From Hydrolagus affinis (Eukaryota), in NCBI GenBank assembly GCA_012026655.1, contig JAAILG010001075.1, positions 1 through 64,000 on the forward strand: a stretch of DNA of 64,000 bases, read 5' to 3'. This document shows positions 13,222 through 24,503 of the stretch, one piece after another. Each line of letters begins with the position of its first letter. The stretch's first letter is position 1. Made by a program: the position numbers and the translations under genes. The notes below the pieces were generated by a model. The model saw nothing but the letters and a program-made list of their open reading frames with translations, made no database searches and had not been told where the DNA came from.

Positions 13222-13352
13222 AATAATAATCCTTGCATTTGATATAGCGCTTTTCATATCTTCTAGATGTTTCAAAGTGCTTCACCGAATATACTGTAAA
13301 GTGAATTGACTGTATATTTGGGCGAAACGCAGCAGCCAATTGCGCACAGCAG
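13222..13352 (-). mobile_element. 5'-truncated tRNA/Deu SINE
   Basis: Reverse complement reads ctgctgtgcgcaattggctgctgcgtttcgccc...gtgaagcactttga...aaaagcgctatatcaaatgcaagg(att)n. Confidence 0.85.
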
Positions 13353-13520
13353 TTAAGTCAAGAAGCTAATATAATTTAATATATCTGGTGGACAGGATTA
13401 CAAGGATCAACCGATTCTCTGGAGTATTGAGTCCCACCTGCATACATATGGAATAATTACCAGCCTCGACCTTACTAGATAGCATCTGCTAGTGTAACCA
13501 TAAAGTATAATCTTTGTTAA

Positions 13521-13739
<219 letters not shown>

Positions 13740-15147
13740 TAGTGTTCTTATTCGCTTGTGAAATCCCATGCTTTTGTGGCTGGATTGTGTCTTTGATTGT
13801 GTTGCCTTTATAATGAGATCCAGATTTTGCAATCCATGGAGAAGTACTGTATCTCTGTGCTTCTTATGTTTCAACAAAGCCTAAACATATTCTGAAATGT
13901 GATGTACTTCTAGGTCTATTGCAGGGCAGTCAGGAAGCTTGCTGTCACGCACAGATGTCAAGACCTCTCCCGGCTGTTATTCCAGTCAACCACATTTGTG
14001 CAGCAGTTATTATACCTCACCTCTGAATTCAAAGTGTGAACTGTTAATCTATTCACATTGCGGATCTACAGTTCTACCTTGTTTTTTTTATGAATGTTAT
14101 CGTTACTGCTCAGAAAACAGCTTCTCACTTCTCACACGGTGCAATCTTGACACTGTGGCAAAATTCGTCAAATATAAAAGTTAAAAACGGAAACACTCCA
14201 CTTTAGGACAGAAAAAAAGCTTTAGAAAAGTACCTGGGGTTTGTAGCCAATGCAACAGATATTGAACAAGTGGAATTCTTTTACCTGTTTTTTATGACAG
14301 TTTCTTAGGAGCACTAGTGACACAAGATGCCTAAAATGTAACACTTGTTACAGTATAAGTAGTTCTGAATCAAATGTCAAGTTTATGAATGATTATCATA
14401 TGACTTCAAGAATATGCTACCTACTTCTCAATTACCAATCCCTTCACACCACCACTACCTCTGTGACCTTCTTTAGCTTCACCTCTTCTGCTCGTTCCTT
14501 CTGCTCAGTAAACTCTGAGCTGTTAATCTATGTGAAGGACACTCTAGAAGTTCTAGTTGTTGTAACCACACATAACACTTTATAATGGTTCACCCAGCAC
14601 TGCTGCACATCTGTCTCTAGCTGTCATTCAAGGTGCTTTCACTGAGGGAAAACAATGGAGAGTTATGAGGTTAGAAAAAAAACTACTTACATTGTTTTTA
14701 TAACACATTGCAGCCAGTAATCTGAAGTGGACAAGTGGATTTTTCATTGTGATATCAGTAAATCCACAGTTTCTAAGTGATCTCTTCAAGGTTCATTTTC
14801 TTCTCTCAATTCTCATTCCTCAATGAGATTTGGAAAAATAATGTTCTTTGAACAGTTGTTCGTGCCATTTGTAAATCATTCCTGAAACACAATCCAAAGC
14901 AATATTATGTAGTACATAAAACACCCAGGAAAGGATACGAAGCACTAATTACAGTATTAGTCTGAAGTTTAATTTCCTCCCAAAAACCCAGGAAACTGGC
15001 AAACAAGCCAAGACATAAGAGACTTTACACAAACACAGTTTATTCCATCCTTTTAGCTATACCAATTTGTAAGGCATGAGGTTGCACCAGCAAATCTGTG
15101 TTGCACAGGAAGAGACTGCTTTCATTTACATTCCATTTCTGTGGTAG

Positions 15148-15312
<165 letters not shown>

Positions 15313-15620
15313 TAAAAAAAAATCACCACCATCTTTAATGGTGATTTGGGGATTTGTTTCCAGATTATACTGCATATACTGTATTTTTACCCTTTAATCT
15401 ACCCAAACTTTCCATTGTAAAGTAGCTTCTCGAGTGAAAAGCAATTGTTAAATAGTTTAAACACTTCAAGTTAGCTACACACACTTAATTTCGCTTAATT
15501 TTTACAAATGGCTGTTAATTCATTTTACTGCCAGTTTCCGGCAGGGAAAAGCATGGACAGTTAAAGATGATTTTAACTTGCAATTCCCCCCAAAGGTATG
15601 TTAATTGTGCTTATGTGACT

Positions 15621-15725
15621 TAGAATCATAGAATTTTACGGCACAAAAGAAGGCCATTCGGCCCATCTAGTCTGTGCCAGCTCTTTGAAAAGAGCAACTC
15701 AATCCCATTGCCCCGCTCTCTCCCC
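15621..15725 (-). mobile_element. CR1 LINE 3' end
   Basis: tagaatcatagaa...gaaggccattcggcccatc is the reverse of the CR1 tail stem-loop and ATTCTATG terminal repeat. Confidence 0.8.
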
Positions 15726-15803
15726 TTAACCTAACAGACCTATTCTCCCTAAATAAAGACACGCTGCACTGAACACTACTGAACATTACTTTACACTTTT
15801 CAG

Positions 15804-15887
15804 CAACGTTCTACTGTGGCATCAATGATGCACCGTCAAGAAACTGTGGAATGTTTGAGGAAGTTCAATGCAAGAAGAAAGCTCAAG
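15804..15887 (+). CDS. CAMK2G: CaMKII gamma exon 11, regulatory segment: [28 protein letters not shown] (MM oxidation pair, T287-equivalent)
   Basis: tttcag| ... aag|gtaagc, 84 nt, phase 0 to 0. Confidence 0.97.
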
Positions 15888-16484
15888 GTAAGCTTAATTC
15901 CTGACTGTTCAGAAGTATTAGAGAGGATCACCCCTGTCATTTCTATTTTTGTCCACCCCCCATCGGCGAGTTGCCAAGAACAAGTCTCTACAGGTCTCTA
16001 GCTCATAAACATAACTGAGAAATCAGTCAGTCAAGTCAGTTAGAGCTACGTAGTGATAGCTGAGCTGAAATTATGAAATGTAGGGAAACTGATTAAACGA
16101 TTAATTATACACAATTGAATCTTTGAGCCAAACAGAGCAAGATAAATGAGAACAGAGATTCCAGAATTAATGGTTGTAAGTAGAAAAGGTTGACTTGGAC
16201 TTAATTTTTCAGATTTGTAGAATTAAACTATTCAGAGAGTCCAGTGCTTTAAGGCGTCTCTTGAAACACAGTCTCTTTTGACAGCTTGTGGTTAATAAGT
16301 AATTTTCAAGAAGTAAATTGCGAATAATGATGAATAATAAATTGGTTGAATTTCATTTCTTCTGGTTAAGGTCCAAATCCTTTTTCTCCCCTGTCAAACT
16401 CTGACAGATTCCTTACCCACATTAACAAGTGCAGGTTATTATGTGACATGTCAAAGACTCACTAACCGATTTTTTTCTGTTCAG

Positions 16485-16527
16485 GGGGCAATTCTTACTA
16501 CAATGTTAGCTACAAGAAACTTTTCAG
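16485..16527 (+). CDS. CAMK2G: CaMKII gamma exon 12, CaM-binding segment: GAILTTMLATRNFS (T306/T307-equivalent)
   Basis: actaac branch-point-like motif, gttcag| ... g|gtaggt, 43 nt, phase 0 to 1. Confidence 0.96.
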
Positions 16528-18442
16528 GTAGGTCTGTATAAATTAATATTTTTTAAGCAGATTTTTTTGTGTACCACCCGCTGTTTAAAAGTAACTTTAA
16601 TGTATATATGAACAAATCAACCACACTTGAACATAGTAACTACCACCATTATATTTATAATAATGTATGTAACACATTGTTTTTCATATTCAGTATTGAG
16701 AAGGCCAAGAGAGTAATAATAATTTTGCATAAGGTCCTCAGTACAAAAGCTAAATGTTTCTCTGTTCTTAAGAAATGTTTATGTGTTAATTGTTGAGGTG
16801 CATTAATTGGGACCACTTTTTTTTCCCCACGTTTCACTGATAACAAACTGTTTTAAAATAATAAAACATTGTAAAGACTGCAGGTAAGTGTACAACATAA
16901 ATGACTTGGTTTCATTGAGAAGTTGTGTTTGATTGATAACATTTGTCTCTACACAGTGCCAAATATTTTCTAAATGCCACATTAAAGTGTGTGAGAACCT
17001 GTGAAAAGAAGCAACGACTCTCAGCAGCAGATACACCCAAAGCAAATAGCACTTTAGATTTCACACAATACTGTGAAAGGGAAATTCTTCTTAGCACTGA
17101 GGACATGTATACTTCTCAAAACCTGTTGAAACTTCAGTATCTTAGTAATGAACCAGTATGTTCTCTAATTAGAAAGCAGTGTGATGGCTATGAACAGTAT
17201 GAGTTGCCCAAAACTGGTATGTTAAGCTGCCAGGATACTTGCCTCATAATGTCACACTAGATATTTGTTGCGCAAGGGCTTTGCACAGCCACTTCAGTAG
17301 AGACAGCAATGTTTTTTCTTGTCCTGCCATCTCCAAAGATTTCTCCCCAGTTACACTGTGGAGTTAATTTGATGTAACAGACGAGCTACATAAGTCTGCA
17401 CTCTTCACGTGCAAGGTCGGCTCACCCCAACTTTGGATCTTAGTTTTCTACATGCCTTGTACGGAACGGATGAAGTCTGTAGAGGACAATGGTGTGAGAT
17501 TACAGTCCTGATCTATAGAATAAAATGGCTACAAGTGCAGTCAAGATGCAGCAGGGTGGATCCTTTTAAGGTTGGTGCTTTAAGAGACATGGAGAAAACT
17601 ACCCCTCGGGTGGGCTTCTGTGCCTCTGGAGAGACTGACATCGTCCTGTATAAGTTTGCAAGGCTGCCATTGAAGGCAGAGCTGCAAATCTGCAACACCA
17701 GAAAGTTATTGCAGCATTAGCGATGCGACATTAAAGGAGCATTGTGTTCATGAAGATGTGTTTTGCACACCTTTCTGCTGTGTTCTTTTTCGTGGGAGGA
17801 AGGGATGGAGGGAGATGTAAAGAAGCTCTCCCTCATAGTGCACTAGTGAGTTTTAACGCTATTTATAACACTTGCCATGCTTCAAATCAAAAATAAAGTC
17901 TTTCAAACGCAGTTTGAAAATACATGAAGATAATATCCCTTCAAAGGCAAAGGTCACCGTTGCTGATAAAAACAGTGCAGCCTAAAGAGCATTCACTTCT
18001 GAAGGCAGTTTGTTCTGGTATTTTGGTTGAAAGAAACACAGCACCTTACTGCAGAGAGGAAGCATTAACCCTGCTAATTTATATCGACTTTACCTACAAC
18101 AGATGCTCCTGAGATTTGAATTGCGTTGCAGCAGATAACCGGTTACATTGCTGCCAGGAACTTCCCCTCTTTGATTCAGTTCCTACAGTGAATAGCTAAT
18201 TCTGTTAGACGTACATTTCATTGATTAATATCACTCAAGAACATACATACATCTTAACCTCTCAAGAGCACCCATTTTAACCTGTAATTTTGCCTTAGGC
18301 ATTTCCTTATGTGAAATATATATTTCAGGATGGATGTGATTTAGCAGGTGTTCATTCGGTAAAGAGCACCGGGGCTTTGCTGTTCCTCTTTTTATCTTTG
18401 GGCCTTTGTGGCTCCTGTCACTAAATACTTCCCTTCCAATAG

Positions 18443-18505
18443 TTGGCAGGCAGTCTACTGCTCCAGCTGCGGCGGCCTCAGCTGCTGCTGGTTTGGCTGA
18501 GCAAG
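18443..18505 (+). CDS. CAMK2G: Variable-linker cassette exon: (V)GRQSTAPAAAASAAAGLAEQ
   Basis: ccaatag| ... caag|gtatgt, 63 nt, phase 1 to 1. Matches the VGRQ.. cassette of CaMKII gamma/beta. Confidence 0.92.
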
Positions 18506-19081
18506 GTATGTGGTGTCGAACGGCACCGTGAAGAGCAGCATGCACACTGAGCACTTCACCTAACTCGGAATGACCTTTCATCCAGACCATCCTCCATCAC
18601 TGCTTAAGTCCAGCTTCCTCTTACAGAAATAACTCATGAGAAACAAATTCAGTCATTTTTCTCTTTAAGTGGCACATGAGAAAAAAAAATTCTGGGTAGA
18701 GTACATTTTACTCTTGGGAAACATTCTCCCAAGAACCCTCACCCCCTCCCCCATCCCTCCAATTGGAGGAATTTGTTAATTGTTTTAACACTAATACTTG
18801 AAAATCCATTGCTGCACAGGACAGAATACGCCCGATACAAAATACAGATGGTGCTTGCGTCAAAACAGGGAAAAGATATCTCTTTCTAATATAATACAAA
18901 TTTAGGTTTATACAGAGCCTTTCAAATCAGTACCATGTCACTTAACAATAATGGCTTGGTGCTGGAGACTGGGGTGGGAGTTGTTGGGTTGGGAAGGAGA
19001 AAGATGACTGAAAGAGCATCAAAGCATCTTAATGCTATCAATGAAAATCAAAAGGCTATATTTATTATAAAACAAGTACAT

Positions 19082-19130
19082 CAACAACAAATTACATTTA
19101 TAGAGCGCCTTTCACGTTGGGAGGACGTCC
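19082..19130 (-). mobile_element. Very short L2-type 3' tail with (TTG)n end
   Basis: caacaacaaattacatttatagagcgcctttcacgttgggaggacgtcc. Confidence 0.75.
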
Positions 19131-20598
19131 ACATCACAATAACAATTTCAGAAAGTTAACTAAAAAAGAAAGACCAGTTGTATTATCTAAAGTAACCTAT
19201 ACAATCTAAATCCACACGTTTCAAACTCAAAATCTCGTCATATATACTTTCAAACATTTTCAGGGGCTTCCACAATGGTCTGTAATTTCCTACCAGAATA
19301 CAGAAAGCACTCTTTTGGTTATTGCCACTCCTTCTGAGCAGAAAACGGGCATATGGATATTTTTACACACATCTACACATTTTAAACATAAACTGCAGAG
19401 AATGACAGGCAGGCGACAGTGTGCTGCAGAGATTTTGTGCACTCCGGTGTGCCTAGTGGTCAGTGAAAGATACCTCTTATCGAAGAACCTTCGAGAGATT
19501 GTAAATCAATGATGAGTATTTCAAAGTGTTCTTTAGTGTATCATTACTGCATACTTCAAGATGTAAACTGTAAACAAAGAGCAGATTGCTTGAGACCTGA
19601 GGAAGGTACGAGCCACAAGCCTGTAGAATACTTTACGAAGTCACTCTCTGCTCACAATCACTGTCATTCTCCTTTACAAAGTGTATGTGTATGAGATGCT
19701 TCGGTAACTCCTACTGGGCATGTTTTGTGAGGGTGGTCTCTTACTATCTGTGCTGTTGCCTATAGGTGTATTTCACCTTGATGTGAGAAATACATTACAT
19801 GGTATGATATAGCCTTTTTTTCTGGGGACGTGAAGGAAGAGCTCTAATGTACTCTTCATTCTGAAAGACTATGTTGCAATCACCCGCACAATCTGAAAAA
19901 CTTCAACTGAAGGTCTTTTTTAATTTGCCACATGCACTGATCCTGCACTGACTTCATCTCATTCAACTAGTGCTTCCACTCACCTCTGCGTTCTCAAGCT
20001 GCATGAGGATTGATTGCCTGCCTAACACCTCTCAGAATTTAGTCAGCTCTTCCCCCTACGGAACACTGATGTACCCTGTATGCCAGCACAGCGGCTGCAA
20101 TCCATACCCATGTTGGGACATTTCACTCATGGAATCCACTCCATTTCTGGGTTATGGAATGTATAATGTAATGCAGGACACGCCTAGCATGTGTACTTCG
20201 CAATGTCCTCTCCTCACGCCATCTCCCAACAATTGACACAATGCACATGCATTTGGAATGGAATGATGCTCGATTACATTGAGAAATAAACTGTGCAATA
20301 CCAAAGAATACAACTCAACCATCATTCTTTTTCCTCTATATTTCTTTCCTTTTTTCACTGTGTAATACACCAAGGTAAGAGCCATACACTAACTTCCATT
20401 ACCTGACCGAGTGTGTTTGAGCTCGCAATTCAGTTTGTAGTTTGCTTTAACAATGACTAGTTTCCTTGTTCTATTAACATATTCTGCAATTCAAAAGAAT
20501 ATTTTTTTCCTCAGTAGTCAAATTCGTCATGACTGTAATTTAACTTCACAAAACTAAATCCATGCAACATTTACATTTTGTTAAATCTGTTTTTACAG

Positions 20599-20639
20599 CA
20601 GCAAAGAACTTGCTGAACAAGAAAACCGATGGAGTCAAG
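20599..20639 (+). CDS. CAMK2G: Linker exon: (A)AKNLLNKKTDGVK
   Basis: ttacag|cag tandem acceptor ... aag|gtaagt, 41 nt (38 nt from the distal AG), phase 1 to 0. Confidence 0.95.
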
Positions 20640-20951
20640 GTAAGTTTGAAAAAAGACTATCAGTATTGTACAGAATTGTATTGCAGGTGAAGGATAAAAG
20701 AGAAAGCACTGTTATGATTTAATTTATTTTTCAGAGTAAGATATAGGTGCAAGCATTTATATAAATAAAATTAATTTCTTCCCTATGTAATCTCTGGTAC
20801 TGTTCCTCTTGCAATAGAGTGCAAATTATTGATGTTCTAGATCAGAGTTTCTGGATGACCTGTAACTTTAGTGTCTCAGCCTGATTTAGCTGTTCCTGTG
20901 GAATTTTAGAGCTGCTTATGCACGCTCACTCACAGATCAGCCTTGTGTTTA

Positions 20952-20972
20952 CCAGCCAGCCAGCCAGCCAGC
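20952..20972. repeat. (CCAG)5 microsatellite
   Basis: ccagccagccagccagccagc. Confidence 0.9.
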
Positions 20973-21635
20973 AAACCGTCATTTTTTTCCCCAGTTAAAT
21001 CTGACCAAATGAAAAGGGGAATACTTCATCAGCACATTATGACTTTTCCCTTGAACTCATAATTCATCTATAGGACGTTTGACAATTCCAGGATTACAGA
21101 TTTATGTGGTGCCTTGCACGCAGCAGTTCATAATTGTGATACTCTGTCAACCAGAATATAGACAAGAATTTTTTTCCAAATCATTGACCAATAGAGCTAG
21201 CATATGCAAATAAGGCATTTGCAGAGCAGGGATGTGTACAATATACACAAGGGTCTTAAGCATCCTGTTTCAAGACTACTCATCTACTCCATAAAAGGGG
21301 ATCATATTGTAATTATGCTGAGCAATTTCAGAATCGGTTGTAAGTTAAGAAGAATGATGAGACAGAGAACAGTTTGGATAATTGTGCATCCTTTTCTGCA
21401 CATATAATTGCGAACTTTGAAATCATGCCATGGAATCAACTGTGTACCACAGAAGCAAAACTACCTGCGGATTATTTTATAAATGAGATGACTTGATAGG
21501 ATATCCGCCATCAAATCAAAAATTTTAGAAGGAAAAACTGTGGCTCGAGCAGCTGAGTGTTGGACTGCCAGCCTCGAAACTCATGAGAGGCCTGATAATC
21601 AGAACCAAAGTGTCACTCATGTGAACCAGATATTC

Positions 21636-21702
21636 CGACGTTGTCCTTGAGACATCATCCCGACGTGAAAGGCGCTCTATAACTATTATTTTGTTATTGT
21701 TG
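21636..21702 (+). mobile_element. Very short L2-type 3' tail
   Basis: ccttgagacatcatcccgacgtgaaaggcgctctataa...ttgttattgttg. Confidence 0.75.
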
Positions 21703-23421
21703 ATGGTAAGGCTCTGTATCAAACATAGATATTATTTTTTAATTCCAGCACTCATTCACAGGCAGCCAGATCAAGATTTAAACATATGTAAATCACATGT
21801 TCCATGGGGGATTTGAGTGAGTGGATAGAGAGAAAGAGGTTCAAAATCATCAGCTACTTGGCTGATTTTTTCCAACAGAGTTGTATTGCTGAGTACCTTG
21901 ATGATGATTATGTCGAAGGACTCATCATTCAGAATGAAAACCTTTACAAAAGACAAATTAACACAGCATTGTGTAAGAATCTCAATTGTAATTCAATATT
22001 TCCATACAGAGATCAAAAGAAAAACTTTGAAAGCCTATGGTAGATGTCAGTCAGGATAGGTGAGAATCATTTGTAGATTGTTTCCAAAATATCTAAAAAA
22101 AATTTAAGAAAACTAATCAATTGTAAATTTATTGCAATCCAGATTCTACCCTTACATTTAAAATGGACACAATTCAATTTGTAAAAAAAAAATGTGACCC
22201 TTGGGTTTTATATTTGCAGGATGCATTATAAAATAATAATATTGTGCTCATTTTGAACGATTGGCAGTAGAGTGACAGAAAATTAATACTAAAGTTGTAA
22301 CATTAATCGTGTTAACTCTGATTTGGATTATACCAATTACATTCTGTGTCATCTGGAAAATAATGCAGGAATGTCGAGGTTTTTCATGAAATACTGCCAG
22401 CAAATGGAACCCTCAACTCTGCCCATTGTTTCTGTGGTAACGCGTTTTATCTCAGAAATGCATCTGCTATCTTGTGCTATGTATCCATGTCAACCACAAC
22501 AACCAGACTCAATTTTATATATTTTCAATCAAACAGAGGTTGATAGGTTACAGTTATAATGGGTTACAGTGTCTTTCTATTTGAATGGTTACAACGGACA
22601 CCTGGCAAATTTGCTGTATACATGCCTTCCACAGCTAGAACATTCTTACATACCATTTGCCACAAGAGAAAGGCAACAACTGTGCAAACTATGTGGGAGG
22701 TAACCTCTTAGTAATAAAGCAGAATCACTCCAGTATTCAAAGTAGAAATACTAGAGGATTGCTCCTTCTACTTCACAGGAATTAATTTGGAGGTAAACTC
22801 AGAATCTCTTTCACGTTTTACGCTCAGACAGGAAGACTTATCATTGATCTTCTGCACTTGAAAACCTGAGCTTGGGTGTGCTGCTTTGTTTTTCACCTGA
22901 TTGTACAGCGCGCACACTTGACTGGGAGCCTTTTGACCGTACGGCTGAGTGGACACTTTCGTTCACAGCAGTGAAGATGAGCAGCAGTGGTCAGCCTTTA
23001 CAGTAAATGTGCTGCTCTCTCTCGTCACACGTTCTCTGCACTGTTTGAAGCGCTCTTGAGACGCCGTCCGGTGTGGAGGGCGCTGTGTAAATTGAAGTTG
23101 TTGTTTCTCCCAGCCTGTACACGTCGCTTAACAATTCCGAAAAGCAAGAGATGGAGAATTTGCATTTTAACTGAGTCCTGATATGGAGAAAGCAATGGAA
23201 GTAACTTCAACCCTTCAACAACTCCCAATGATACAATTGACAGCTGACAATGTCCTGTTGCATTTTGTTTTGTGATCATTAAGGTAGAAGTGAGACCAAG
23301 CATTTATCAGCTAAAGCCGGCACTAGTCCCCGTTGTTTAAACGTAAGGCATTTCAGATGTTAGCCTGGTTATACTTTTATTTTCCTATTAAACAGGAGTG
23401 TTGTAGAAGATATTTTTCCAT

Positions 23422-23474
23422 TCCTCTTCCTCCTCCTCCTCCTCCTCCTCCTCCCCCCACCCCCATCCCCCCCA
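23422..23474. repeat. (CCT)n microsatellite running into C-rich tracts
   Basis: About 8 CCT units followed by C runs. Confidence 0.9.
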
Positions 23475-24470
23475 TCTTTAAATGAAGTTGTTGAACATTC
23501 AAGGACAGTTCTTAGTTCCGAATTAGTTTAAAAATAGACAAATTATTTTGATTTAGAATCTCTAGCAGCCACGAGACAGAGAAATGTCATCAAATGTCAA
23601 ACAAACCTTCCATCCGAGGTGGACATTTTAGGAATTGCTCAGGCAAGTCAATTACACAGGTGTGAAACAACAAGTACTGTACTTTGTTACCAGCCAACTA
23701 ATTTTCTGCTCCTTGATCTATTCTACCATTTATCCCAATCAGTGCCTGTCCACAAGCCTTCGTCAGCTTCGGGGAGTAAAGGCCTCTCCACTATCTTTCA
23801 ATTCTGAGAGATTGAATGATCTAGCGAGGCCCTCTCTTGGGCTGGTCGTCCATCTCTTTCCACAGCAGGGGGCTGCACTTGACATATAAGCATAATGCAA
23901 ACAAAAAAGGAACTTACCTCATCAATATTGATTGGGGATGGGTAGCTTTGAGTTCTCAGCACTGAGCTAATTTCAGACAGACATCTCTGCTGGTGAAGAA
24001 GAGAATCTTTAAGAAGTTAGAATTGCTTCACTTCTTATTCCAGTTTATGGGGCTTTAAAACATAATTATTTCCATAATAAACTAATGGATTAAAACCCTG
24101 AAACAATCAGTCCTCACAACCTGCTGTGCAGAATACATTTGATGAATTACCATCAATGGGCAAAAAGGCAGGAAGTATAAGAAAAAAAGAGATACATTCA
24201 TACCTTTGGATAAGATTGTATCAAACAAACATTTCACCATGCGTTCTGTGAAATGAGTTTGATGTTTTCTAGCTGTGTAAATTTGTAAACATAGGTAGCT
24301 AAGAAACACATCATTTTACTGAGCCAGGTAGATTAGAAGCTTAACCTTTCTGTGTATGTTGGTCCTAAAATGTAGTTGTAATCCATCTGTCCCTCCACAA
24401 CAATCTGTGTGCTTTTCATATCTAACCAGTGGAAATTTCTTGTTCTCTTCTCTTTTATTGAACTGTTCAG

Positions 24471-24503
24471 AAAAGGAAGTCCAGTTCCAGTGTTCATTTA
24501 ATG
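24471..24503 (+). CDS. CAMK2G: 33-nt NLS cassette exon: KRKSSSSVHLM
   Basis: Long pyrimidine tract, gttcag| ... atg|gtgagg, phase 0 to 0. Forms the KKRK NLS with the preceding K, followed by the regulatory serine run. Confidence 0.95.

Noticed and set aside
20290-20380. Strong caag|gtaaga donor 224 nt upstream of the AAKNLL exon, as a possible alphaKAP-like first exon
   Set aside because: In the required phase there is a stop at 20287-20289, no ATG and no frame-preserving acceptor.
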